This document shows positions 1-14,544 of a DNA stretch of 64,000 nt, one piece after another. The DNA is taken from positions 38,316,001 to 38,380,000 of the forward strand of contig OZ024743.1 of the NCBI GenBank assembly GCA_964016885.1, read 5' to 3'. The position numbers and the translations under genes were made by a program. The notes under the pieces are model-generated. The model ran no database searches. It was not told the origin of the DNA and saw only the letters and a program-made list of their open reading frames with translations. Every line of letters starts with the position of its first letter. Position 1 is the stretch's first letter. This stretch comes from Eledone cirrhosa. Taxonomy: Eukaryota.

Positions 1-844
1 AAGCATTATCTTATAAGGGAGAGAGCAACTGAAATATGGCTTTATTTGAATAAATATGAATTGAGAATCACAACATTCGTGCTGTTGATTCGATTAAGGA
101 GGGAATTCTCAACGTGTTGAATGGATAAAGTCAATCTGTACAATTACACAATGGGCTTCAACAACAGCTGTAATTGTTGCAGAACGCTTCCACATACTTT
201 GACTTTCACAAAAGGATGTTTTGCAATGCTTTGCGAAATTTAAACATAGCTTCCAATATGTCATTTCCATGAATGCATGATGTAATAAGATATTGTTACT
301 GGAAATTATGTCATTGTACTAAGAATTATACAGATGCAATTGTATGCCACTCGGTCATTGAAAGCATCGAGATTTCAGAATCTGATTTCAATGGCAGTTT
401 TCATTATGACAATACATACATGCATATATAAATCATTGAGTAAAATTTGCCCGTTCTTCACAATATTGCGTGGGTAAGTGTAGTTCTCTCAACCAAAATA
501 TCCCATAAGGCACTACATGACTGACAGACAGTATCAGAAAATATGAAACCATTCAATAGAGTGATGTGTTCCAGCTCTAAATCTTTCTTAACTTTCAAAT
601 AATGTTAGCATTGGAAACCGGAAATATACTGTTGCAAATAATCTAACAAGAATTCACAATAAAATACGTAGACACATTGAAGGAACAGACAGAACCAAAA
701 CACTATCGTGTGTTTCATGCAACGGAATATATATATATATATATATATATACAGTATTTTCCGTAGTGTTGTAATATAAATATTACACACAGTAGATGGA
801 CAGCTCACGTAGAGTTTGCTCGATGGTTCCAGTTGTATTTCCAA

Positions 845-1295
845 AAGTAATCCGGAGAAAAATAGAAGGATTTTAATGGATACAGTTTAGTTAAAAGGAA
901 TTTATTGACACGTGTTTCTATAACAGTTACATAACCTGAAAACAGCTGGTATCTACAAAGTATTAGTTATGCAGACATTCAATATTTCAATGTTATTATC
1001 AACTGTCATTTCATCGGAATAATTTTACTGAGGACCTGTTTGGTTTTTATAGAGAATATTAGGAGGGAGGGGTGAAGTTGTTAGAAGAATAGTTGAGGGA
1101 GTGGTTTTTTGATAGCAGTGAGTAATTAGATTCCCATCTGTTGTTTTGACCAATATATTATTGGTTATTTTTCTAAATCTATAGAAGGATTAGAGATAGT
1201 ATAGATATGCGTGGTTGGTTTTGTGTTTGCACTTAATTAACATTCAGACTTAAATTTTTCTTTCAAGTGTACGTATCCTTTCGCCCAGCATTCAC
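845..1295 (-). mobile_element. Penelope-like element 3' remnant (pLTR region with hammerhead)
   Basis: Minus strand reads a PLE-like C-terminal tail (LIKCKHK near 1240-1220), then a hammerhead motif at 1022-902 followed by AATAAA; lies beside (TA)n at 727-751. Boundaries approximate. Confidence 0.5.
902..1022 (-). ncRNA. Type I hammerhead ribozyme motif with long stem II (U4->C variant)
   Basis: Minus strand: TTATT-CCGATGA-aATGACAGTT...AACTGTTATa-GAAA-CACGTG-TC-AATAA. Stem I TTATT/AATAA, stem II ATGACAGTT/AACTGTTAT, palindromic stem III. Confidence 0.65.
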
Positions 1296-1539
1296 ACACA
1301 AACATATATGCACACCTCTACAAAATACATATACTCACATACACATACTTACATGCTCATACTTACATACATATACACATGCATACATATATATATACAC
1401 ATATATACATGTGCATACATACGCGTTCATGTGTATACATTTTCATACTCAACTTATCTTTATATACACACGTATAGACACTCACATATATACACACATA
1501 CTCCAGTCTATGTGTATATATACATATCGTTCTTAATCG

Positions 1540-2950
1540 GGTGTAGTATTCCCTGGTTACGCGTTCCATATTACAGACACCATTATAGGATATGTTCTCA
1601 TCTATCCCCAGGTATCTGTAGTAGTCTCCATCAGATATCGTGAAACAGTTAGCCCTTTGATGACAATGTTGCTAGATTCTTTTGTTGTTTTTCTCCGCTT
1701 TACACTCATATATGAGCCCTTATCTTGGCTAAACTCCATCCCTATATCCTTTGAGAACGTTGTAACCAGGTCAAGATTTTTTTTCATCCCATCCAGGTTC
1801 TTGGTATAGAGTTTCAGATCATCCACACAGAAATTATGGGTTAGTTTCGTATTTCTGTCCTCCTGTGAGCCAATGATGTATCTTTCACATTTCTTGAGCA
1901 GAAGCGACAAGGCGCTTAATGACAGGATGAGTAATATCACATAGAGACTTGTGTTGTTCTTGTTATCACCAAGATAATGGTTCACTGTCGTTGCTAAGGC
2001 ATATAAACAGGCGTTGATTTGCCAAAATGTTGGGGCTTTTATCCGTCGTAAATATTCATCCCCTATTTCGTCAATAACACGTAATATTTCATTATTTGTT
2101 TTTTTATTAAATATTGTTGTTTTAATACGTTCAGCCACTGAGATTCGTTGAGGGAAATTTTCAATTGTTTATACTTTTGAATATTATCATTATCGATAGT
2201 ATTTTCCACAATAGTCGAAGTATACTTGGATGGTACACGTGGTGTCAAATTTCATCGATTATTATTATTATTTCTTCTATCATTATTATTATCGATAGTG
2301 TTTTCCCCAGCATTCGAGGTAGACTTAGATGGTACACGTGGTGTTAACTTTCTTACAGGCATATTTGTTTCAAGGCACTGTTGGACCTGGCTGCTAGGAA
2401 GTCTAGTAGCATGGCGACCTGCAGCACGTGTTGTTGATCTCATGTTTGTTGTGGGGGTCTTACAATTAATAATATTTATCTTATTTTTACGTTCAACAAA
2501 CGTCGCTTGTTAGCGTAATTGTTTCACTGTGAAGTGATTTAGCTCTGGGTGTATTTCATCCCAGTGTAACTTCATTATGTTCATATAGCTAATTGAAGGA
2601 TTATTTTTGCCATTTTATAACAATTAAATAAATCATCATTAAGTTCGCAATCCAAGAGAAATGCGATTTATAATTTCGGTTTCTTCTGTAGCTACAACTG
2701 AATAAATTTAGTTTACCGTTCTCGTTATTTTTCTTTGGTACTTCCTTAATGTTGCTGTTGTTTATGTTCTGTTCAGCCATGCTGTTTGTAGCAAATCCTT
2801 GTAAAATGAATTATGTATTTAGTCGGATATCTCTACGAATTCGAATATAAGGTGTCTTCAGTAGATATAGTTAGAAGAATAACCAGTTATTCAACATGAC
2901 TGGTAGTTGTGGCAGAACTGTCGGAGATAGTATTCATCTTAAATTTAATG
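1540..2950 (-). mobile_element. Degraded, internally deleted R4/Dong-type non-LTR retrotransposon
   Basis: ORF 1602-2138 ends in the RT segment THNFCVDDLKLYTKNLDGMKKNLDLVTTFSKDIGMEFSQDK, homologous to HLFYMDDLKLFTKN...FSDDIKMEFGLDK of the element at 24.5-28.3 kb. N-terminal-like sequence is joined directly to the RT near 1950. Confidence 0.75.
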
Positions 2951-3268
2951 AATAGTCTCTCACAGGAAAATATGCGACTGATTGCGTTGACTGACTATGT
3001 ATGTATGTATGTAAATACATAAAACCTGCGGCTCAGTAATTACCAGTGTGTGTGTGCGTGTGTGTGTGTGTGTGTCTGTATGTGTGTGTATGTGTGTGTG
3101 TGTGTGTCTATGTCTGTCTGGGAGCGTATATTCCTGATATTCCCAATTTTTGTGAAGACCAGCCTAAAGTGCGAATGTTTTCATAAAACGAAAACCTAAA
3201 ATTTTTTTTAATTTGCAAATATTATCTTTCCACTGTAAGTTTAATATCACTAATCATAATTATTTAAT

Positions 3269-3306
<38 letters not shown>

Positions 3307-3313
<7 letters not shown>

Positions 3314-3667
3314 AAGTTAAATAAAAAGTCACATGATTAAAATTTAGCTTCGTTTATTACTGCTATATATATTTCAGTGACAGCCATCTTTGGCTGTGAC
3401 CTCTTCAGGCAGTTTGAATTAGTATGGTATAGACAAGTACATATGTTGTTGAGGTGTATAATATTGTCAATACTCTGATATGCATACTGGGCATATCAGA
3501 GTATTGACAATATTATACACCTCAACAACATATGTACTTGTCTATACCATACTAATTCAAACTGCCTGAAGAGGTCACAGCCAAATATGGCTGTCACTGA
3601 AATATATATAGCAGTAATAAACGAAGCTAAATTTTAATCATTTGACTTTTTATTTAACTTTATTTTA
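3307..3667. repeat. Near-perfect ~360-bp palindrome (inverted PLE pLTR pair)
   Basis: Arms 3307-3483 and 3491-3667 are reverse complements with about 2 mismatches and a 7-nt spacer ATACTGG; abuts (TA)n at 3272-3308. Confidence 0.95.
3561..3615 (+). ncRNA. Minimal type I hammerhead ribozyme (PLE type), intact core
   Basis: ACTGC-CTGAAGA-GGTcACAGCCA-AATA-TGGCTGTcACT-GAAA-TATATA-TA-GCAGT, followed by AATAAA; mirror copy on the minus strand at 3359-3413. Confidence 0.85.
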
Positions 3668-4780
3668 CACTACTCCGGAGTAACCAAACCAACCTGCGCA
3701 CCTCGTCCAGTGCTCCAGCCTGCATACTGAGGTGTTGGTATACAACCAACATAAACTCAAAATCTCTCTCTATATATATATAGAACTATGGAGATATAAA
3801 AGATACAGAAGCGAAAATGTGTTCTATTATTATTTCTGGCAATATTATAACAATATGACTCTCCCCAAATATATTTCTTCTAATATTTTTTCACTGATTC
3901 TGTGTATATCCAATGCATTTATCATAATTTCTGATTTGATATGGACATTTAACCGACATATCAATAAATTAGGATTACATTAATTCAAACTGCATTGCTG
4001 CTGTTAAAGATATAATATTCAATTGATTTGAGGCAAACATAGCCTACAGAGAATTGTTGAAGCTAGAGCAATGAGTCCATATTTAACTATGTTTAAAATA
4101 TGACATTTAAAATAACTATGGTTTCTTGAGTAAAGTTTCGTCTTTATCTGCTGTGAATGTCACCCACTAAATCACTTTTACTCTTAACACCTGGCAGACA
4201 ATACCTCGGCTTGTCAATTACTAACGTTTTCTTCTGCAACCGGTATTTCACCTGCCTTCCCTACAATAGGCCTTCCCAACAATACATGGAAGTGTCTTGC
4301 ATCGAAATAATCTAAAGTTTATTCATCTCTAAACCTTGCAGGCATTTTCAAATGATTGGCTAGAGTAATTTACTTGAGTGCCTTTCTTGAAGGTGAAAAC
4401 ATAAATATAGCGCTCTTGAGATTATATTTGTAAATTATACTCAGATTGTTCTCACATATGACCACGGAAATCTGTCCAAATATCTCCGGTGGTATAATTT
4501 GTTCAGATTCTAACTAGACTTCTACACATTGGCTACAACAACGAAGTAACGTTTGGCAGGAAACATGTACAACTTATTTTACAAATGTACTTGGTTACTG
4601 TCGGGTTGAACATGAGAGTTATCTACAACTATAATGATTACATACTAAAATGTGAAAATTTAAGAACATATTTTAAGCATTGTCAAAACGATAAAAATAC
4701 AGAGAAAATGATGACGATATAAAGTCTATATCATCATTTTCTCTGAATATTTCCAAGATTCTAACTCTGGGCTCTGTGAT

Positions 4781-5913
4781 GATCTTAAAAACATCAAGGA
4801 TGACATTGCTTATTTGTCAGCTATATTCACAAATTTGAATGAAATTAATTTGCAGTTGCAAGGAAATGATGTCAACCTTATGAAAGTGAAATCTACTATC
4901 TCCACCTTCCTGTCTAAGTGTAAGTTATTGAAATGAAACTTAGCCCGTGATGAACTCTACCAGTTTCCAAGCCTCTCTGACTTGGATAAAGAGAAGAGCA
5001 TATCAGATGATGACCTTCAAGTGTATCGTGCTCACCTGGAAGAGTTGCAAAGAGACATGTCTGAAATATTTCAGGATGTTTTATTGCTTAAAATACCAGA
5101 CTGGGTAATCAATCCATTCTTAGATGTCAGCAGTGAGGAAACAGGAGAGGCAGAGGAAGAATTAGTTTCAATCCAAAACGACATTGAGCTAAGGCCAAAG
5201 TTCAAGAAATCATATCAAGATTTTTGGTTACAAAAAAAAAATCTCTAACTTCTATCCAATATTATGGAAAATGGTGACGATATATTTTATTGCCTTTCCG
5301 ACATCATATTTGGTAGAACGGGGCTTCAGTGCAGTTTCCTTGCTTCTTTCCAAGCAAAGGAACAGACTTAAAATTACCGAACGTGGGGATCTACGACTTC
5401 TTCTTAGTGAGTTCCAGCCTGATGTGGAGAAACTAATATCCATACACCAAGTACACCCATCCCATTAGAAGTAATTGTGAAAATTAAATAAAATGGTTTA
5501 TTAAATTAATTAGTATTTTTCAATACATATTTTGTGTATAATATTGTTGTTTTCAATTTGAAAAAAAAAAAAAAAAATGCTCGCATGTGTGTATTGGGTG
5601 TAATTGTGAAGAACAAAGAAAATGGTTTATTAAATTAATTATTATTTTTGAAAAACATATTTTGTGTTTAATATTGTTGTGTTCAATTTGAAACAAAAAA
5701 AGAATGCTTGCATGTGTAAATTGGCGGTAATTGTGAAGACCAAATAAAATGGTTTATTGAATTAATTACTATTTTTGAAATACATATTTTGTGTTTAATA
5801 TTGTTGTTTTCACTTTGAAAAAAAAAGCTCGGATGTGTATATTGGGAGAGGCGACTCTATGAATCTAACTAGAAGCCAAGGGGGCGCCAGCCTGAAAAGT
5901 TTGGGAAACTCTG
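4781..5913 (+). mobile_element. hAT (Buster/Charlie-like) DNA transposon 3' fragment
   Basis: Frameshifted transposase C-terminus (DIAYLSAIF..LNEINLQLQGN; PDWVINPF; IAFPTSYLVERGFSAV...KQRNRL, the hAT dimerisation motif). Terminal AAGTTTGGGAAACTCTG at 5897-5913 resembles a Charlie-type TIR. Confidence 0.85.
5471..5846 (+). repeat. Three ~128-bp tandem subterminal repeats of the hAT element
   Basis: GTAATTGTGAA...AAATGGTTTATT..ATTAATT unit starts at 5471, 5600 and 5727. Confidence 0.85.
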
Positions 5914-6248
5914 ATATAGACAATGGAGATTGGTATGAGTTTGTTCTTTAAGGCAATCTGGAGAGAAACTGAACATATTAGATCCCCGTAACTACACATA
6001 TTCTAATTAGTTTGCAAGAATTAAACCGTTCAAGACATATAAAATTAAGGAAAATATAAACGATGATTAGAATATTGGAAGTATTGCAGAAGGTACAATA
6101 TCTTAGAGTAGATTGCTGCATGGAAAACAAAAATGGGCCAGCGTCCTGATATGCAATCATTAAGAAACCTGCCGAAACCCACCACTCTCTATGTCGAACA
6201 GCTTGTATTTCATCCAGACCAAGAGTGTCCAGATGGGCGGTAGAAATT

Positions 6249-6392
<144 letters not shown>

Positions 6393-7067
6393 CGGATATT
6401 TAACTGGTACTTTATTTATCGGATTTGACAGAAGGATTCGCAAATTTGAACAATGTGCTGTTTGAGCTCAGAGTACGGGGAGCTGGAACAAATACAACAC
6501 ACTATCCTATATGGCGTTTTAAAGACAATTCACCGCCTTTTATAACGTACGCAAATACTCCGATATATCGAAGTTTCCTATGCAACTAGTAGACATTTTA
6601 AAATCATGCTTCTATCACTACTGTACTTAATATCTCTGCCGTTGTATATTTTGGATAATTATGAATATATAATTCAATTTAAATATTTCTAACACATGAA
6701 ACACCTACATATTTCTTGAACTTTGTAATATTTTTTCTATACTTTTATTCATATAACGATAAAGACGCTTTTAGTAATTCATCAGTGTCATTTTAATTGC
6801 AATGTCTGATGATGTTATGCACTTATTTGGCCAGCGTAAATGTGAGAATTTGACCCGGGAATACATGGGAAAGGAATTCTCAAATGGATATAAATTATTC
6901 CAGTAATATTAAGAACTTATGAGATGGGAGTTAATTATTAGATGTTACTTCGTATAAAGATATCATTTCACAAGAGCGAGAAGCTATTGCAATGAAATAT
7001 TAATTATATTTAAATCTATTTCATATGAAGAACGATGTCATACTACTGAGTCGATCAGAAATGATTA

Positions 7068-7252
7068 AATAATTGTTTCTACATTTGGCACAAGGCCAGA
7101 AATTACCCAGTGCAATACTGGTACTTTATTTTATCGACCCCGTAAGGATGAAAGGCAAAGTTAACCTCGGCGGGATTTGAACTCAGACCGTAAAGGGACG
7201 AAACTATGCTGGAAAGCATGGGTCCGACCCTCTACCGATACTGCCAATCCAC
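7068..7252 (-). mobile_element. tRNA-derived SINE, full length
   Basis: Minus strand has A box TGGCAGTATCGG, B box GAGTTCAAATCC, central GCCTTTCATCCTTACGGGGTCGATAAAATAAAGTACCAG and tail GAAACAATTATT; several copies in the window. Confidence 0.9.
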
Positions 7253-8079
7253 TGTCTTTAACCACGATATACACACACCGACATGTACGCATGTGTGTTC
7301 TATATTCCAGCAAAAATGTTCTATATATTGTTTTCGAAAATGTCCATTATTATGTGATTACATTTTGAAATACACGTATACACTTGTACAGGTATAAACT
7401 ACACACGTCTTATATCAATTAATCTACTTCTTTTTTAAAACTATCAATAAACAATCAACAGATATAAATACCATGTCGTTAAATAGGATAACTCCATCGG
7501 AGGAAAAAGACGAACATACATCTCGCTATTGAATTTCTTCATGTGTTTTTGCTTTTGTTTATCAGAGTTTGAATATTATCTTCATCATACCACGGGAAAC
7601 GGTGTTTATATCCTCACTACTATAAAATGATTAATTAAATTCAGTTTTAATTAAAGTCAGCCCCAAACCCTGAATGACATGCAGACTAGAGAAACGTAAA
7701 AATAAATATTTTGCTAAAGAAAAACCTGGCGCCACCCTATCCGGAGAACAACATAATGATCTCAAGTCTAACAGCTAAACTCGGCCTCAAACCATATGTT
7801 AATGCATTCGTGAGTTTTATATCGAATAATAATAATATTATTAATATTCGATGCGTTTACAAGCAAACAGCTTCATAACGCCATGTGCTTTAGACGACTA
7901 TCGTAATACCTTTGTTCTAGCGGTAGCATAGAGAAACAATCAATAATACTTTCGGGGTTATTGCTCCTTGTCAATATTGTGTATCTTTTTTTCTGTTACA
8001 CACTAGAAGAAAACGATGACGATACCCCTAATGAAGCCGTGTGATCCTCGGCCCTTCTTTCAAGCACGAAGTTTTGTGT

Positions 8080-9530
8080 GCGCTTTTGTTGCTGTGGTTT
8101 TACTTGATTGCGTTTGGGTGATATTGATGGTGATGGTTTTGTTTGTGTTGTTTAGGGAGTGTCTTTGTTTGTTGTAGGTGTGGCGTCTGTGATATCAGCT
8201 GTTTGTGTGTTGTTGTTTTTTTGTTCCTGCGTTATTTGTAGTTTTAGGGGTGGGGTTAGGAGAGCTTTCCTTGTTTTACCCTGGGTAGCCAAAATTAGTG
8301 TTGGCATTTCCGATGGTGTTGCTGTTCCTGGGCCTACCGGTGCTCGTGTTGGTGGTCCCTGCCCTGGCATCTGAAGTAGAGGAGTCTTTCAACCCCTTGT
8401 ATTTTTGAGGGCAGAATGCTACAATGTGAGTTGTTTCGCCTCAGCCGAGTCAGTGAGGCCTTTAGCCCTCTGCAACTACATGTAGAGCGGTCCCATTTTG
8501 GAGACGAATGTACTCCGGGATTTTTCTCAGGTCCTCAGGTCTTATTTGGAGAAGTATCTCCACTTCAACCTAAATCCATTCCTCCCTGGATGTTCTGGTT
8601 ACCGCGATCGGGACGGTATCTGCCTTCTCCGCAATCACGTATCCCAGAAGCTATCACATGTCTAAAGCTGATGAAATCCTGGGAATGCGGATTTTAACAG
8701 TTATTTTTCCCATGTGGGAGAGGTACATAGGGTCCGTGCTGGTTTTGTAGTGAGGGTCTCTGTCTTAAACAACACCGTATGGTGCCGTATTGTCTGCCCC
8801 TCGCTATGTCTTCTGTGTAGTCTCTGATGCATCTCAGTGCAGTGTTGCCTGGGGAGTGTTGGTCGGTTTTTTCATCTATACTGATATTTATTTAAAGACC
8901 ACAGTTCTCCGCTTCACGAATTCTATGACCTATGCTGGGCCAGTTAAATTGAACCAGATTTGATTTTGTTTAATGAGCTTCCCGACGTGCATCAACTTTT
9001 TCTATTTTCTGTGTCGAGTCCAAGCTAAAGCAGGACATATTTTTGGCTGCAGCAGCGAAGTGTTGTTGCTCATCACATTGTCGTTGCTGTTGTTCGTGGA
9101 GGTGTTGTCGTTGGTGTTATTGTTGCTTTAACTTGTTTCCGTTTTCTTGTTGGATGTGATGTTGCTAATATCGTTGTTGAATTTATTTTTTTATGATGCT
9201 GTCTGTTGTGCTTTTAGTAGTTACATTATCCATAATAGTGATGGTGGTTGGGACGAGGTTTTGCTCTCAACTTTTAAGCCGACGTCATTCGACAGGAAAC
9301 TCAAAATTTGGGGTGGTTACACCATATTCTTTTACGATAATTTTTGATTTTTTAAATAAAGTTCTAATGTTTGTGACCAAAGGCCCCAATGTTATGGATG
9401 CACCTTTAAACAAGCATGTAAATAGAATCTTATATAGAGGTTACGAACAAAAAAAAATATTCAACAAATTGCACTTTGAAACAACACAAGATAACCAACT
9501 TTCTGGAGCCGATCTTAACACGTCTGTCGA
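8080..9530 (-). mobile_element. Degraded Tx1/L1-type 5' region and ORF1 remnant
   Basis: Minus-strand translation fragments RGRQYGT and IRLQNGTALHVVAEG match ORF1 of the elements at 32-40 kb (RGQKYGTV, IDLTDGSHLTVIVEG). Confidence 0.65.
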
Positions 9531-9935
9531 AAAACGAGCACCAAAATAACGATAAGTTCTAAAATGATAATATTCATAATAATAATAATAATATATTTTG
9601 CTGATGTCAAATAGTTTCTGCTTTCATGAAGCTCTTTTGCACACATGTCAAAAAAATGTTCAAGTTAAAGACAATTTGCCTCCGGTATATAAGCAAATCT
9701 CCGTACAAATTAGACGCTTTAAGATGGATTTACTCCATGTATACATTGAACCATAAATATAGCTTAAACCTGCATACATACAAGCAAACACTCATACGAA
9801 CACACACGCAAACACACACACGTATATATATATGCGTACATATATCTGTAAGCATGTATGTAAGTATATATATTTGTGTGTGTGTGTATATATATATATA
9901 TACATATATATATGCATATGTATATATATATATGT

Positions 9936-10039
<104 letters not shown>

Positions 10040-10178
10040 ATATGAATATATATATATACAGAGAGAGAGAGGGAGAGGGAGGGAGAGAGAGAGAGAGAGG
10101 GAGAGAAAGAGATGTATATATATTCATACGTTCAAATGAATGTTATATATTAATACCTACAAACCAACACACACACCC

Positions 10179-10263
<85 letters not shown>

Positions 10264-11010
10264 TATATATGTGTGTGTGTGTGTGTTTGGGTTTGAGCGC
10301 GCATGTGTATGTGTATATGTATTACTATATATATAATCCTTTCATTAAAGATGTTTATACATGCATGTGACAACCATTGAAGTAGCAATAATGTACTGAT
10401 ATTTGTTAACATTGATTTTATATATAACGTTTCTAGTATCAGACACTACTCCTGTAGTTGTTGTTTCTTAATTTCGTAATTTTTGTTTCTGTTCATGCTG
10501 TTGTTACGTGTATTCTTGCGTTTGTTCCTGATTTTGTGTTGAATTCTTTTTATGATGATGTTGTTGTTATTGTTTCTCTCGTTGTTGATGTTAAAGTTGT
10601 GGTGTTAGTTAATGCTAATTTTGCAGTGGTTTTATTTTATTTTAATGCAGAGGTAACAAAATTTCCTTTTGCTTTCCTTCATAATTAGAATCTGAGAAAC
10701 CTGAAAGATTGAGAGCAGCACCATATAACAGAAAGGAAAAGTAAGTATATTTCTATATGTTACGTCTATATTCAATATAATTATTTCTACACCCATGGTT
10801 TTTACACAACTTACCACCTTTCTCTCTCTCCCTCTCTCACTCTCTCTCTTAATAGTGAGTCTTCTTACTCTGGTGTTTTGCATGTTTATTAGAGGATAAA
10901 CCCAAGAGTAACAAATCTCATTATTTAGCTTTAATAAAATGAATATACAAAACATAATTCGATATCTAGTTCTGTTTTCTCTCAGCCATAAAGCACATAC
11001 GGATATGTAT

Positions 11011-11140
<130 letters not shown>

Positions 11141-12042
11141 ATATCATATATATATGATTTAAATGTTAATTAGGCTCTAATACTTAAACATTTCAATGAA
11201 TGTATAAAATATACAGATAAAGTATCAATCAGATAAGTAATACTAAGCCAAATAGACAGAACAGATTTTAATCTATTTCATTATATATCTACCTACATCC
11301 CAGGGTAACATTCCCGGAAGAAGCAACTATTGGAAAAGACTAATATTTGTATAATTCACGAATTCATCAGGGGGAGTATTCTTCAATTCAAAGAGACCAT
11401 ATTTCTCATGAAATTCTACATACAGTTCCCGATCCAATATGCTGTAGAAACACACACAAGCGCTAAATGTCTTCAAGGGAATACAACGCGGTCTCACACA
11501 TTTTCACAGATCATTGTAGAAATAACATCCCACAACTATACACACAGAGACGCTAACACAAGCACAAGCACTGAAAGGATACAGAGCATAGTAATACCAG
11601 GTACAGTGAATAAAACATTAGAAGAAAGAGAGAATGGCGGGGAGTAGGTATAGTCATTGTGAATGTCACAGAATGTTTCACTAAAGAGATTTGGGAATTT
11701 TAATATGTGCTCTGTGCACATATAAGCTCAAATATCTTATAAGATGAGGGAAAGAATCGGGTCCAGTCACATTGATTGTATCATTAGCTGCTCTATATCG
11801 AAGCAATTGTAATATGCAAATGAAGTTAGTACAAATGCTGGAACACTGATCTCGTTCCTCTTAAATCTCTCCATAGTTATATATATACATATATATATAT
11901 TGTTATACTTTGGGAGGGTCATGTTGCCAATAAGAAACACACGCACCAGTTGCTTTCACTCGAATTTATTATAAATTAAATTCATAAATCTAAATTTCCG
12001 GTTGTTTGGTTGGTTCCACAGCCGGACATTTGTTCATATATT

Positions 12043-12085
12043 GTCAAAGTTCTTTCGTCACACAGTCTGTGACCTCTTCAGTGAC
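12043..12085 (-). ncRNA. Minimal hammerhead ribozyme in pLTR
   Basis: GTCA-CTGAAGA-gGTCACA-GACTG-TGTGAC-GAAA-GAAC-TT-TGAC; mutated inverted copy at 13188-13230 (+). Confidence 0.75.
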
Positions 12086-12450
12086 TGGGGATTCTTTTCT
12101 TTGTTTTGTGCCACTCCTTTGTTCTGTCCTACGCCATCTTGTTTTTGTGTGTGTTGTGTGCTTAGTTTGCGCATGTGTTACATCCGGGTGTCTGCGTGTG
12201 TTTTTATTTGTTTTATTTATTTGTTTATTTACATGTTACTGGTTGGTTGTTTGTTCTATGTGTGTGTGTGTTTTCATTTTGTCCTTAATTGTAAGTTGTG
12301 ATGTTGCTATTCCATTCATGTTTTCTATTTAATTTTGGTTGGAGTTCATTTATGTTTTCTACCTCTGTGATTTGTCTAAACATTGCGTCTTTTCTGTGTG
12401 TAGATTCTATTTTTATTTCTTTGTTCTCTAATTTCCCCTTATGTTCTATT

Positions 12451-12819
12451 TTAACATGTTGGTGGAGTATTGATGATTCTGTTATTATCTTGAAGCTCTC
12501 GCCAGTGTTCATTTAACCGTTCTCCTATACTACGAGCTGTCTCAACTATGTACACTAGATTCTTATCTTCACATTGTCCTTCAGTACATCTTATGCTATA
12601 TACTACATTTCTACTTTTACAGTTAATATGGGGGATTAGTTTACAGACTATGCATTTCTTATCTATACAGGGATTTCTTTGAAAAGGGTATGTATTACTA
12701 ATAAGTGTTTTTATGGAGGTACCTGGTCTTTCTACAATCATAATATTAAGTTTAAGTTTATCTAGGGCCCTTCTAAATTTGTAAGCTAATTCACCTCTAG
12801 GGGTTGTATTGATGAACAT
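12451..12819 (-). pseudogene. PLE GIY-YIG endonuclease fragment
   Basis: NVVYSIRC...VYIVETARSIGERLNEH motif preceded by a Cys-rich linker; frame-disrupted. Confidence 0.88.
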
Positions 12820-13447
12820 TACACTCTGGTATGTATTGCTATCACATCATGAGGTTATTCTATTAACCTTATTCCTAGTTCTTTCTATTCTATTCCAAAA
12901 TTTGCTCCTATATATTTGTATCATTATGTACCATTTCTCCCATTTGGTTCTGGCTCCTCTATTTACTTTGATCGTAACCAGAGAACTGCATACGGTGGAT
13001 GATGTGTTGTATGTGTGTCTCTAGTTCTTTGGGTTTGCACATGCGGGACACGTTTCTCATCACCCGTAGCAAATCCGTAATCAGTATGTTGATTTTCGTG
13101 CGATCCGAAACAGCTGAGTTTCGGTGGATCAGATATTTGGAAGTCAGGGGTTTGACATAATGGCACAAAACAAAAAAATAATCCCCAGTCAATGAAGAGG
13201 TCACAGAATGTGTGACGGAAGAACTTTGACAATATATGAACAACCGTCCGGTTGTGGAACCAACCAACCAACCAACCAACCGGAAATTTATAAATTTATA
13301 CATTTATAAATTTTATTTATAATAAATTGGAGAGAACGCAACTGGTGCGTGTGTTTCTTATTGGCAACATGACCCGCCCAAAGTATAACGATATCGGTTT
13401 CAACACACGTTTTCAGATAAAGAATCCTGCTAAACAAATTCAGAAAC

Positions 13448-14295
<848 letters not shown>

Positions 14296-14429
14296 TGTAT
14301 GACTCAACAATATGTTTCCATAGTTATGCAGCGAGTTCGCGGTAATTCCTATCCAGGTTAAACTTGGAATAATAATAGTGAAAGAATGAAGTGTAACATG
14401 GTTGGCTGTACAACAAGGGACTTTATTTC

Positions 14430-14544
14430 AAGTACTGATAATTGTTTCATTGATCAGGTGAGTCTAGAGGTCACTAATCGCTTGAAGGTGCATCACTCGA
14501 TCTCCAAACCTTTATTTACCTCTCATAAACACATCAGAGTACTT
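14430..14544 (-). ncRNA. Hammerhead motif with ~80-nt stem II region (A9->U variant)
   Basis: AAGTACT-CTGATGT-[~82 nt]-GAAA-CAATTA-TC-AGTACTT, then AATAAA; perfect 7-bp stem I. Confidence 0.65.

Noticed and set aside
1-600. Cys-rich degenerate reading suggesting an old transposase remnant
   Set aside because: No recognisable motif or continuous frame.
5471-5846. Regularly spaced repeats as a CRISPR-like array
   Set aside because: Whole units are repeated with no unique spacers; they are hAT subterminal tandem repeats in a eukaryotic context.
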